From NCBI GenBank assembly GCA_045535515.1, contig JAZSLT010000024.1, positions 28-64,027 on the forward strand: DNA of 64,000 bases, read 5' to 3'. Positions 20,976 to 30,422 of the stretch are shown here, piece by piece; position 1 is the first letter of the stretch, and every line of letters starts with the position of its first letter. The translations under genes were made by a program, and so were the position numbers. Source of the stretch: Clostridia bacterium (GTDB taxonomy: Bacteria > Bacillota > Clostridia > UMGS1883 > UMGS1540). The notes under the pieces were generated by a model. That model did no database searches and was not told the DNA's origin. It saw only the letters and a list, made by a program, of their open reading frames with translations.

Positions 20976-22334
20976 ATGCCATCAGCATTCATTTATCTCG
21001 GCATCATGCTTGCCGTGATTGTCGTATGGTTTATGCTCTTTAAAAGGCCGGTTTACGAAGCGGTTTTATTGAGCTTTATCGTACTGCTTACGGTTACGGG
21101 TCAATGGGCAAATGTATTCACTTACATAAACGATAGCTTGTCTACTTCTCTGCTTTATTCGATGACGGCATTTGTGGCGATGTCCATTGTGATGACGAAA
21201 ACGAAGATAATCGACGGCTGTGTTGCTATCATTTTGTCCCTTCTCGGCAGAGTACCCGGCGGCGCGGGGTATGTTTCGGTTATTGCCTCCAGCTTTATGG
21301 GGGCGCTATCCGGAAGCGGCCCCGGTAATGTTATGGCAACCGGAGCCATCACCATTCCCGCTATGAAGAAGTCGGGATTTCCCGCAGAGCTTGCCGCAAA
21401 TATTGAAAGCAACGCAAGCTATATGGGCAATATGATTCCGCCTTCCTCCAATATCGTGGCGGCGCTCGGTGCCTTTACCGCGCTTTATCCTAAGTCAGAC
21501 ATGACCACGGGCCAGTTCTGGATAGTCCTTTGGGGCATATCACTCTGGTTTGTTTTGCAACGACTTTTAATGGTTTTTGCATTCTGCAAATATTACAAGG
21601 TCAAGCCTATGGCAAAGACAGACCTGCCCGATTTCAGGGCTTCTCTGAAAGAAAACTGGCAAGGACTTTTACTTCCCGTTATTATTTTGCTCCCCTTTGT
21701 TTTGGATTATTTCTTCAAAGAAACCTTCTTTGCCGCGCGCCTCGGGGCCCAGGGGGCAAAGTATCTTTCCAGCAGTTTACTTTTGTTTATTCCCGGCGTA
21801 GCCACCATTTTTGCGTGCCTTATTACGAAGGATAAAAAGATGGTCACACCCCATAATATAGCCAAAATGTTTGCAGAGGGCGTAAAATCTATTGCCCCTG
21901 CCATCGGCGTTTGCATTTTCGGTTATATGGTCGGCTCGTTATTCGGGGACATCAATGTTGCCTCTGAGATGGAAAGCTTTATCCTCGGTGTCCGTTTCAG
22001 TAAGTTCGGTCTAGTCTGCTTCATCTCGCTTCTGACCTGTTTCCTTGGTATGATAATTCCCGGCTCGTCGCTGGTTGTCATCTTTGGCCCTGTGTTTATC
22101 ACTACACTTTCCTCGGTCGGTGTAAATCCCGTGCTTGCGGCCGCAATGCTCCCCTGCATTTGCGGTGTTATGTGCGGAATCACACCGCCGCTTGGCCTTG
22201 GCATGTATGCCGGCATGTCGCTTGCAGAATCGGAATTTAACAAGACATTTAAGAATAATCTCTGGTGGGTGGCAGCGCAGTATATCATGGAAGTTGTTAT
22301 CTTGATGGGATGGCTGCCCATCCTCGGATTATAA
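20976..22334 (+). CDS. TRAP transporter large permease (DctM-like)
   Basis: Many hydrophobic segments; GRVPGG, GALSGSG, TIPAMKKSG, MIPPS and GITPPLG motifs. Confidence 0.8.
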   Translation: MPSAFIYLGIMLAVIVVWFMLFKRPVYEAVLLSFIVLLTVTGQWANVFTYINDSLSTSLLYSMTAFVAMSIVMTKTKIIDGCVAIILSLLGRVPGGAGYVSVIASSFMGALSGSGPGNVMATGAITIPAMKKSGFPAELAANIESNASYMGNMIPPSSNIVAALGAFTALYPKSDMTTGQFWIVLWGISLWFVLQRLLMVFAFCKYYKVKPMAKTDLPDFRASLKENWQGLLLPVIILLPFVLDYFFKETFFAARLGAQGAKYLSSSLLLFIPGVATIFACLITKDKKMVTPHNIAKMFAEGVKSIAPAIGVCIFGYMVGSLFGDINVASEMESFILGVRFSKFGLVCFISLLTCFLGMIIPGSSLVVIFGPVFITTLSSVGVNPVLAAAMLPCICGVMCGITPPLGLGMYAGMSLAESEFNKTFKNNLWWVAAQYIMEVVILMGWLPILGL

Positions 22335-22346
22335 GGAGGTGCCACC

Positions 22347-22640
22347 ATGAAAGTATTTTTTAAAAAGATTTCCGCAGTATGCAAAATAGTATTCGGATAC
22401 AGTATTATGCTTACCCTTTTCATGGGAGGACTAACCTTCTTTGGCTATCTTCTGGCCCTTATCCTGGGTGGAGATGTGGCCGCTGGACTCTGTGCATTTA
22501 TGTATAAGAAAATTATTCCCGTTATGATTTATATAAACACGATAACAGTGCTGTTTGGCTTGGTTTCTATGTATCTGGCGGGTGAGGTGGCGCTTGCCCC
22601 CGACAAAAAGAAGGCGTCAAAGCGCGAGGGGGAGAGATAA
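22347..22640 (+). CDS. Small membrane protein, possible TRAP small-subunit analogue
   Basis: AAGGAGG RBS; 2-3 hydrophobic segments; directly follows the DctM-like gene. Confidence 0.7.
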   Translation: MKVFFKKISAVCKIVFGYSIMLTLFMGGLTFFGYLLALILGGDVAAGLCAFMYKKIIPVMIYINTITVLFGLVSMYLAGEVALAPDKKKASKREGER

Positions 22641-22642
22641 GA

Positions 22643-23797
22643 ATGAAGGGATATGTATTTGTCAGTAACGGCACAAAACCAACGGAAGAGAAATATAAAA
22701 GCAGAGAGCCTTTAAGGCTTTCCAATGTAAGCCGTCCCTGCCTGGAAACGGCCCTTGATATGGGGTATAATGTTTTTCTGGGTGTAAATCGCGAAAAACC
22801 AGAAGAAATTGAATATCCCTTGCCCGTAAAATTATACGAGGCGCATACCTATCGGAGCATCACCGCGTTTCGCGACAACTGGATTGCGTATAAAAACCTA
22901 TCTAAATTAATAAAAGAAAATAATATCCGCGCCATTCATTGTAATACGCCTGTTGGTGGCATGGTGAGCCGGCTTTGTGGGAAAAGGCACAAGGTAGAAA
23001 AGATAATCTATACGGCACATGGCTTCCACTTTTATAAAGGGGCGCCCCTCTTTAACCGTACGGTGCTCAAATGGGCAGAAAAGCTTATGGCGCATTGGAC
23101 AGATGCCATTATTACGATGAATCAGGAGGACTACGAGGCGGCAAAAAAATTCCGCCTGCGTAAAGGCGGTAAAGTTTATTTCGTTCACGGGGTAGGCATT
23201 ACACTCAGCGATTTTGATGGCCTTGCGGGGTTTCGGCCGCAAAAAAGAGAGGAAATTGGCGCAGGGGAAGACGATGTCGTCCTTATTTCCATGGGAGATT
23301 TGGTGCCTCGTAAAAATTACGATACGGCAATCCGTGCGATTGCCGAGGCGAAGAACCCTCGTCTGCAGTATTTTATCTGCGGTAAAGGGCCTGAAAAGGA
23401 AAATCTCGAGGAACTGGCAAAGAATTTGGGCGTTTCGGCGCAAATTCATTTCCTCGGTTTCCGCTCGGATATAAAAGAACTGCTTACGGCCGCCGATGTC
23501 TTTTTGTTCACAACCAAGCAGGAAGGGTTGCCGCGTTCCATGATGGAGGCGATGGCATCTGGGCTCCCCTGTATTGCGAGCAAAATTCGCGGAAATACCG
23601 ACCTTATGGAAAGCGGAAATGGTGGCTTCCTATGCGAAACAAATGATGTAGCCGCATATGCAGAAAAACTGAACCTTCTGGCAAACGATAAAGCCTTGCG
23701 CCAGGCGATGGGCAAAAACAATTTAATTACCATAAAGCAATTCAGCATTGAAACCGTAAGCGAAGAAATCAGAAAGATTTATGCAGAAATTTTGTAA
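22643..23797 (+). CDS. Glycosyltransferase family 4
   Basis: YTAHGFHFYKGAP and EGLPRSMMEAM motifs. Confidence 0.9.
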   Translation: MKGYVFVSNGTKPTEEKYKSREPLRLSNVSRPCLETALDMGYNVFLGVNREKPEEIEYPLPVKLYEAHTYRSITAFRDNWIAYKNLSKLIKENNIRAIHCNTPVGGMVSRLCGKRHKVEKIIYTAHGFHFYKGAPLFNRTVLKWAEKLMAHWTDAIITMNQEDYEAAKKFRLRKGGKVYFVHGVGITLSDFDGLAGFRPQKREEIGAGEDDVVLISMGDLVPRKNYDTAIRAIAEAKNPRLQYFICGKGPEKENLEELAKNLGVSAQIHFLGFRSDIKELLTAADVFLFTTKQEGLPRSMMEAMASGLPCIASKIRGNTDLMESGNGGFLCETNDVAAYAEKLNLLANDKALRQAMGKNNLITIKQFSIETVSEEIRKIYAEIL

Positions 23798-23824
23798 TAT
23801 CCTTTCATATAAAGAGGTTGTAAA

Positions 23825-24880
23825 GTGAAAATAACTTTTTTTATCGGTAGCATGCAGGGTGGCGGTGCAGAACGCGTCATCTCCATTTTGGCAAATCACT
23901 ATGCGCAAAAGGGCTGGGATGTGGAGATTGCGCTTCTCCTTGGCAACAAGGTTGGCTACAAACTGGATAACAGAATAAAGCTTGTCAATCTGACGGGGAA
24001 GAGTAGCTCTTATTTCAAAAATCTGCCCGGCTGGATTTGGAAAATCAGACGATATCTGAAGACAGCAAGGCCGGACAGGGTGGTTTCCTTTATAGGCAGA
24101 ATAAACGCGTTGGTACTTTTGTCGGCTATAGGCATAAGAATACCGATTGTCGTTTCCGAACGAAATGACCCGCGACATGATGGCCGAAGTCCGTTTATGC
24201 TGTGGTGCTGTAACCAAGGCTATAAGAGAAAGGCATCCGCGATTGTTTTCCAGACAGAGTACGAAGCCTCCTGCTTTTCGCCTTCTTTGCAAAAAAAGAG
24301 CTTTATTGTTCCCAATCCCATTGAAATTCATGACGAGCCTGCCAGCCCCGAAGGCCAAACGATTGCTACGGCCGGTCGCTTGATAGCACAAAAAAATCAT
24401 GCCATGCTTATAGATGCCATATCTCTTTTGCACCGCGAAATGCCCGAGATATCTGCCAATATTTACGGCGACGGGCCACTTAAGAATACGCTTGGGGAGC
24501 AGATAGACAGGCTGGAGCTTGGTGACCATATTACCCTTTGTGGGAATGTTTCTGACCTACATACCCGCATAAAAAAAGCAGCACTTTTTGTGCTGACTTC
24601 GGAATACGAGGGCCTTTCCAATGCACTGATAGAGGCGATGCTACTTGGCCTGCCTTGTATTTCCACCGACTATCCCGGTGCCGATGAAATTATCCGGGAT
24701 GGGGAAAACGGACTTTTAGTGCCAAAGGGGGACGCGGTGGCACTTTGTGAGGCGATGCGGCGCGTTTTGTGCGATAATGAACTGCGGGAGAAACTGGCAG
24801 AGGCTGCCCGCAAGACAGCAGAAAACTATAAAACAGAAGTTGTAATCCAAAAATGGGAAGCCACTTTGGAAACAGAGTGA
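23825..24880 (+). CDS. Glycosyltransferase family 4 (PglH/PglJ-like)
   Basis: GGAERV, VSERNDP and EGLSNALIEAM motifs. Confidence 0.9.
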   Translation: MKITFFIGSMQGGGAERVISILANHYAQKGWDVEIALLLGNKVGYKLDNRIKLVNLTGKSSSYFKNLPGWIWKIRRYLKTARPDRVVSFIGRINALVLLSAIGIRIPIVVSERNDPRHDGRSPFMLWCCNQGYKRKASAIVFQTEYEASCFSPSLQKKSFIVPNPIEIHDEPASPEGQTIATAGRLIAQKNHAMLIDAISLLHREMPEISANIYGDGPLKNTLGEQIDRLELGDHITLCGNVSDLHTRIKKAALFVLTSEYEGLSNALIEAMLLGLPCISTDYPGADEIIRDGENGLLVPKGDAVALCEAMRRVLCDNELREKLAEAARKTAENYKTEVVIQKWEATLETE

Positions 24881-24894
24881 TAAGAGGAGTTTGT

Positions 24895-25758
24895 ATGAAT
24901 AACAATGTAGGCAAGCTTTTATCGGTAATTCCGGATAGCATTTATCTGCGTCTTCGGTACAGAACGCACACAGGTAAAACCTTGCATTTGCGAAATCCCA
25001 AAAGATTCAATGAAAAGCTCCAGTGGTTGAAATTATACTACCGCAGGCCGGACTTTGTGAAGATGGTGGATAAGGTGGCCGTTAAGGACTGGATAGCGAA
25101 GGAGATAGGGGAAGAATACATTATTCCTACGCTCGGCGTTTGGGAAAACGCCGCGGATATCGATTTTGATTCGCTGCCGGATAAATTTGTCATCAAATGC
25201 AATCATAATTCGGGAGCCGGCATGTATATATGTACAGACAAAACAAAAATGGATACAGAAAAAGTACGGAAAAACCTGCAAAATGGTCTGAAACAGGATT
25301 ATTACCTATGTGACAGAGAGTGGCCGTACAAAAAGGTTCCCCGAAAAATCATTGCCGAGGAATACATTGATGCTGGTGACGGAAAGTCGCTGAATGATTA
25401 CAAGGTCTTTAACTTTGGTGGAGAGCCGCGCATTATTCAAGTAGATTTTGACAGGTTTACAGACCATAAGAAGAATCTTTATACAACGGATTGGAAACTT
25501 TGCGACTTTGCCTTTAACTATCCGGCACATCCTGAAATTACGATTCCAAGACCGGATAATCTCGATGAGATGCTTCGAATTTCAAGGCGGCTTGCAAAAG
25601 GAACACCGTATATGCGGACAGATTTTTATTCGGTAAACGGAAAGCTTTATTTTGGGGAAATAACTTTCTTTCCGGCATCAGGCTATGGAAAGTTTTTGCC
25701 GGATGCTTATGATGAATTTTTCGGGGATATGATTTCGTTGCCGGCAAAACAAAAATAA
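24895..25758 (+). CDS. ATP-grasp amidoligase, TupA family
   Basis: FNEKLQWLKL, LPDKFVIKCNHNSG, DYK and RTDFY...YFGEITF motifs. Confidence 0.9.
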   Translation: MNNNVGKLLSVIPDSIYLRLRYRTHTGKTLHLRNPKRFNEKLQWLKLYYRRPDFVKMVDKVAVKDWIAKEIGEEYIIPTLGVWENAADIDFDSLPDKFVIKCNHNSGAGMYICTDKTKMDTEKVRKNLQNGLKQDYYLCDREWPYKKVPRKIIAEEYIDAGDGKSLNDYKVFNFGGEPRIIQVDFDRFTDHKKNLYTTDWKLCDFAFNYPAHPEITIPRPDNLDEMLRISRRLAKGTPYMRTDFYSVNGKLYFGEITFFPASGYGKFLPDAYDEFFGDMISLPAKQK

Positions 25759-25784
25759 ATTCGCTGGCGTGAAAGGATACGGCT

Positions 25785-26894
25785 ATGAGCGAAAAAATAA
25801 AGATTTTATGGGTTACAAATGCATTTGGCTGTGGCGGTGCTGAGCGGCAAATGCTGTATATGTATGATATTTTAAATCGTTACTGCAATTTGGATATTAC
25901 GATATTGTATTATGCCAGGGTGGGCGACGAGCTTAGCATTGACGGTGTAAAAACGATATATGTGGATAAAAGTAAGGTTGGCAAGGTAAAAACAATACAA
26001 GCTATTGCTAAGTATATCCGGGAAGAAAACATACAAATCATGCACGCATTTGGTGGTTGTTCGGCCAATGTATACGGAAGATTGGGAGCATTGTTCACGC
26101 GGGCAATTCCCGTGGGTGCTATGCTGGGAAAACGGCATTTTGCCAGCCGGAATATGAAAATTGTGAACTCCCTTCTTAATTTATTCGGCAACTGGTGGAC
26201 CGTAAACAATGATGAACTTACACCCATTTTGAAACGGGATTTAAAATTTATTTCGCCCGGGAAAGTATGGCTTCTGCACAACGGCTTTGTGCCTGCCAGC
26301 TGTATTGACTATTGCAAAGGACAGGAAACAGAGTGGGATGTAGATAAAGGCGACAAGTTTGTTTTTGGTACAGTTGGAAGATTGCAGCCTGTTAAAAATT
26401 ATCCGCTTTTTCTCAAAGCCGCAAAAAGAATCGCGGAAAAGTATGAAAATGTGCGCTTTTGGGTTGTAGGGAATGGAGAGGAATATGATGGTTTAGTTTC
26501 CCAGGCGGAAAAGCTGGAACTCCGTGACAAGGTGAAATTCTGGGGATACAGAAAGGATGTAGACTGTCTCATGGACAGGCTGGATGTTTTTGTACAAACC
26601 AGTTTTACGGAAGGCTCTCCTAATACCATTGCAGAGGCTATGCGTGCCCGAAAACCTATTATTTCCACACGGAGCACAGATTTGCATGAAATGATTGAAG
26701 AGGATAAAAACGGATATATTGTTCCAAGCGATGACGAGGAACGGCTTGTGGAGGCCATGGAAAAAATGCTGTCCAAAAGCAGGGAAGAGCGAACGGAAAT
26801 GGGAAAACACTCTCAACTTCTGTTTGAAAAGTATTTTTTAGATGTGCGCGTTGCGAAGGAATTTGACAGATTCTATCACGAACTCATAAAGTGA
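25785..26894 (+). CDS. Glycosyltransferase family 4
   Basis: GGAERQ, VGRLQPVK and EGSPNTIAEAM motifs. Confidence 0.88.
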   Translation: MSEKIKILWVTNAFGCGGAERQMLYMYDILNRYCNLDITILYYARVGDELSIDGVKTIYVDKSKVGKVKTIQAIAKYIREENIQIMHAFGGCSANVYGRLGALFTRAIPVGAMLGKRHFASRNMKIVNSLLNLFGNWWTVNNDELTPILKRDLKFISPGKVWLLHNGFVPASCIDYCKGQETEWDVDKGDKFVFGTVGRLQPVKNYPLFLKAAKRIAEKYENVRFWVVGNGEEYDGLVSQAEKLELRDKVKFWGYRKDVDCLMDRLDVFVQTSFTEGSPNTIAEAMRARKPIISTRSTDLHEMIEEDKNGYIVPSDDEERLVEAMEKMLSKSREERTEMGKHSQLLFEKYFLDVRVAKEFDRFYHELIK

Positions 26895-26903
26895 GGTAAC
26901 AAG

Positions 26904-27983
26904 ATGTACGATGTTCCCGTATTAATGCTGCATACCATCAATGATAGTCCCGAAAAGAATCCGCTGGGCGTCCTTTCCGTTTCATCCAAGGGATTTGAGG
27001 CCTACCTTAAGGTTTTGAAAAAATGGAAATATCAAATGATTTCCATGGAGGATTTAATTCATAAGAATTACAATCCGAACAAGCCTTATATAGTGTTGAC
27101 CTTTGATGACGGCTATAAGGACAACCTGACGGTAGCCATGCCCATTCTCAAGAAATATAATGCAAGAGGGACTATTTTCTTAAATCCCGCGTATATCAGC
27201 GAAAAAAGCGACGAGAATAGCGACTGGGGTTTTATGACATGGGAGGAAATTGAAAAGGCGAAGGCGTCGGATGTTTTTGACATGCAGGCGCATGCCATGA
27301 CACATGCGTTTATTTTTACATCGGACAAGGTAATAGATTATTATACGCCGGATAAATTCAATCGGTATTATTGGCTTGCATGGATGCTCTATCCCGATTC
27401 TCCCCGCGCATGGGATGGTTCGGCGATGGAATATCGCGAAAAAATACCGACCGGCTACCCCATCTTTGAATATGGGAGACGCCTTTCGGCTCCGCAGTTC
27501 ATACCTTCGCCATCGTATGTTTCCTTTCTGCAAGAACAATATAGGGCAGGAAATACGAACGCGGCCGATTACGAAGGGGAACGGGGCAGATATGAAACGG
27601 AGGAAGAGTATCTGGCGCATGCAAAATGGGAAGTGGCGCAGTGTAAGCGTGTTTTAGAAGAGAGGCTTGGCAAAAGCATTCATACCCTTTGTTTTCCGGG
27701 TGGCGGGTATACGGAAGAGGTACTTAAAATTGCCGAAAACTGCGGCTATAAGTGCTATATGCGTGCCAGCAGATTAAGGGAAGGCAATAATCATAGCCAT
27801 ATTCACGCCTTACATCAGGGAGCGTTTGTTGGCCTTAACCGAACCTCTTTTTCCTTAATACCTACAAAGCTGCTGCCGGCCGGCGTGCTGGATTATTGGA
27901 TTGCAAAGCTGAGCCTGGGAAGCTTTCAAAATAAAAGGGTATACACCCGACTTAAAAAAGCTTTGGCTTCATTTTTACATTAA
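26904..27983 (+). CDS. Polysaccharide deacetylase (CE4-like)
   Basis: VPVLMLH, LTFDDGYKD, HAMTH and FPGG motifs. Confidence 0.85.
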   Translation: MYDVPVLMLHTINDSPEKNPLGVLSVSSKGFEAYLKVLKKWKYQMISMEDLIHKNYNPNKPYIVLTFDDGYKDNLTVAMPILKKYNARGTIFLNPAYISEKSDENSDWGFMTWEEIEKAKASDVFDMQAHAMTHAFIFTSDKVIDYYTPDKFNRYYWLAWMLYPDSPRAWDGSAMEYREKIPTGYPIFEYGRRLSAPQFIPSPSYVSFLQEQYRAGNTNAADYEGERGRYETEEEYLAHAKWEVAQCKRVLEERLGKSIHTLCFPGGGYTEEVLKIAENCGYKCYMRASRLREGNNHSHIHALHQGAFVGLNRTSFSLIPTKLLPAGVLDYWIAKLSLGSFQNKRVYTRLKKALASFLH

Positions 27984-28011
27984 AAAGTGAAAAGGACAAG
28001 GAACATCCAAA

Positions 28012-29100
28012 ATGAAAATCATGTTTTGTATTCCATCTCTCGGTTCGGGAGGTGCGGAACGAGTTGTTAGTGTTTTATCGAATAAATTTGTAGAGCGCGG
28101 GCTCGAGGTCAGCTTATTACTGTTATCTAAATTACAATGTGAATATCCGCTGGATGAAAAGGTGGAAGTGAAGTGTATAAATTGTGCTGCTGACAAAAAC
28201 TTACCGTTTAGCAAAAGATTTGCACGCCGCCTTCAGAAAATAAGAGAGGCAACAAAGGAGATTGCGCCGGATGTTGTTATCAGCTTTATGGCCGAGACGA
28301 ATATAGATGTTTGTTTGGCCCTTAGCAGTATGCGTATTCCCGTTATTGTAAGTGAGCGAAACGACCCGAAGATTGACCCGGCAAGCTTTGCCAAGAAAAT
28401 CATGCGAAAGCTTGCCTACTATAAACCAAGAGGGTTTGTGTTTCAAACGCCGGATGCCGAGGTCTACTTTCCAAGGCGGATACGGAAAAAGGCCCGTATT
28501 ATATTAAATCCCCTAAATGAGCAGCTGCCTGCACCCTGCTTTGATAAGGAAAAGGAGAAAAGAATCGTAGCGGTGGGTCGGCTTCACAAACAGAAGAATT
28601 TTAAGCTTCTTATAGATGCTTTCGCGGCGTTTCAGGCTGCACATAATGACTACATTCTGGAAATCTACGGCGAGGGAAGGCTGGAAGCAGAAATAGAGCA
28701 ATATATAGAGCATACAAAGATGCAGGACAAGGTCTTTTTAAAAGGCTTTTGTAAAAATGTACATGAAAACATACTTTCTGCATCCATGTTTGTTTTGTCT
28801 TCGGATTATGAGGGAATGCCCAATGCTTTGCTGGAGGCGATGGCGATAGGTCTGCCTTGCATATCCACAGATTGTCCGTGCGGCGGACCGAGAGTGCTCA
28901 TTCAGTCAAATCAAAATGGCATTTTGGTTCCTGTCGGGAATCAAAAGGCTTTGACGGAGGCTATGCAATTTATGGTGGAAAATCCGGATGAGGCGGAAAA
29001 AATGGCCCAAAATGCCGCCAAAATCCGAAACAGGGCGAATGTAGACACGATTACAGATGGCTGGATGGAATTTATAAGCGCGTGTTTGGAAGTGAAATAA
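28012..29100 (+). CDS. Glycosyltransferase family 4, paralog of 23825..24880
   Basis: GGAERV, VSERNDP and EGMPNALLEAM motifs. Confidence 0.9.
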   Translation: MKIMFCIPSLGSGGAERVVSVLSNKFVERGLEVSLLLLSKLQCEYPLDEKVEVKCINCAADKNLPFSKRFARRLQKIREATKEIAPDVVISFMAETNIDVCLALSSMRIPVIVSERNDPKIDPASFAKKIMRKLAYYKPRGFVFQTPDAEVYFPRRIRKKARIILNPLNEQLPAPCFDKEKEKRIVAVGRLHKQKNFKLLIDAFAAFQAAHNDYILEIYGEGRLEAEIEQYIEHTKMQDKVFLKGFCKNVHENILSASMFVLSSDYEGMPNALLEAMAIGLPCISTDCPCGGPRVLIQSNQNGILVPVGNQKALTEAMQFMVENPDEAEKMAQNAAKIRNRANVDTITDGWMEFISACLEVK

Positions 29101-30353
29101 TGCAGAGGTTACAAAGACAAGGGCAATTTAATATATATTCCGCTTTGGTGTTTTTCTATGTTGTAAGCGCCATAGCCTTTGAGTGTACCCCAAATACTGC
29201 CCGCATAGCAACGGTTGCTATTTATACGCTTTTTTTTGCAGGGGTAGGCTATTTGTATTTACACCGAAGAATTAAAGTGAATATGTACATAATGTTTATC
29301 ATAGTCATGAGCCTGTATGTGTATAGCCGCGCATTTTCTGTTATGATATCCGCTTCAACGGGGATGCGAACCGCCTATGTTTTCCTAACCTGCTGTGCGT
29401 TGTGCGCCGTTGTTTTCTGGCTCTCGCTCCGCTATAGGGAGGTTATACATGCTATTTTGGCGGCAAGTATTTTCGGGTCATTTATTTTGGTGGGCAGAAT
29501 TATTGTTGCATATGGTGGGATAGCCGAAATAGTAAGCCGTGCATCTAACCCAGGCGCGGAATTTCGAATTGGAAAGCTTCTCACCAACGAAAACGCAATC
29601 GGTCTATTTCTTGCCGGTGCAATCCTTGCGGGGGTGACGACACTCTTTATTAAAAAGAGAACAATACTGTACAAAATTCTTTTGTACAGCTGTATTGTCA
29701 TATTTACAATTATGCTGCTTTTAACAGGTTCTCGAAAGGCCCTCCTGTTTGCGGTCATAGGCACTATTTTGTTATTAATGTTGGCGTACCAAAAAGAGCA
29801 AATTTTAAAGAGAATCATTCTGTGGTTTGCGATTGCCGGCGCCGTGGTGGGACTCGTGTATCTTTTGCGAAGTGTACCTATTTTCGGAACGATATATAAA
29901 AGGTTTGAACTGCTTTTTGAAACCTTCTTCGGGGAAACCGTATATAAACCGGACAGGGTGCGGGAACGAATGGTAGCAACCGGCATAGAGGATTTCCTTG
30001 ACATTCCCTTATTCGGGAAAGGCGCAGGTCGTTCTTATACCTTGTTTCGTACCTATTCCCACAATAATTTCGTGGAACTGCTGATGAATTATGGGGTGAT
30101 AGGGTTTCTGCTCTATTATATCCCATATATTGCGCTCCTTGCGCAGCTTACAAAAAGGTCTTTTCGCGGGGATATTTATGCGATGTATTTCCTGGTATAT
30201 GTAGCCATGCAGCTGGTGCTTGGCGTGGGGTGGGTAAATTATTATGACCGGATATGTCAGATGACCACCGCCGCAGCTTGGGGGTATATTACAAGTTGCG
30301 CTGAAAAAGAAAATGTGCAGCAAGAAGAGGAAGGGTCTCTATGGGCTTTGTAA
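29100..30353 (+). CDS. Wzy / O-antigen ligase family membrane protein, copy 1
   Basis: Multi-pass membrane protein; LTGSRK, P.FGKGAG and YSHNNFVELL..YG motifs. Confidence 0.85.
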   Translation: MQRLQRQGQFNIYSALVFFYVVSAIAFECTPNTARIATVAIYTLFFAGVGYLYLHRRIKVNMYIMFIIVMSLYVYSRAFSVMISASTGMRTAYVFLTCCALCAVVFWLSLRYREVIHAILAASIFGSFILVGRIIVAYGGIAEIVSRASNPGAEFRIGKLLTNENAIGLFLAGAILAGVTTLFIKKRTILYKILLYSCIVIFTIMLLLTGSRKALLFAVIGTILLLMLAYQKEQILKRIILWFAIAGAVVGLVYLLRSVPIFGTIYKRFELLFETFFGETVYKPDRVRERMVATGIEDFLDIPLFGKGAGRSYTLFRTYSHNNFVELLMNYGVIGFLLYYIPYIALLAQLTKRSFRGDIYAMYFLVYVAMQLVLGVGWVNYYDRICQMTTAAAWGYITSCAEKENVQQEEEGSLWAL

Positions 30354-30422
30354 ACTAAACAGCCGGCGTAAATTTTAAGATTTGTGAGCGGGATGTATTG
30401 CGCCGTATATGGAGGGGAAACG

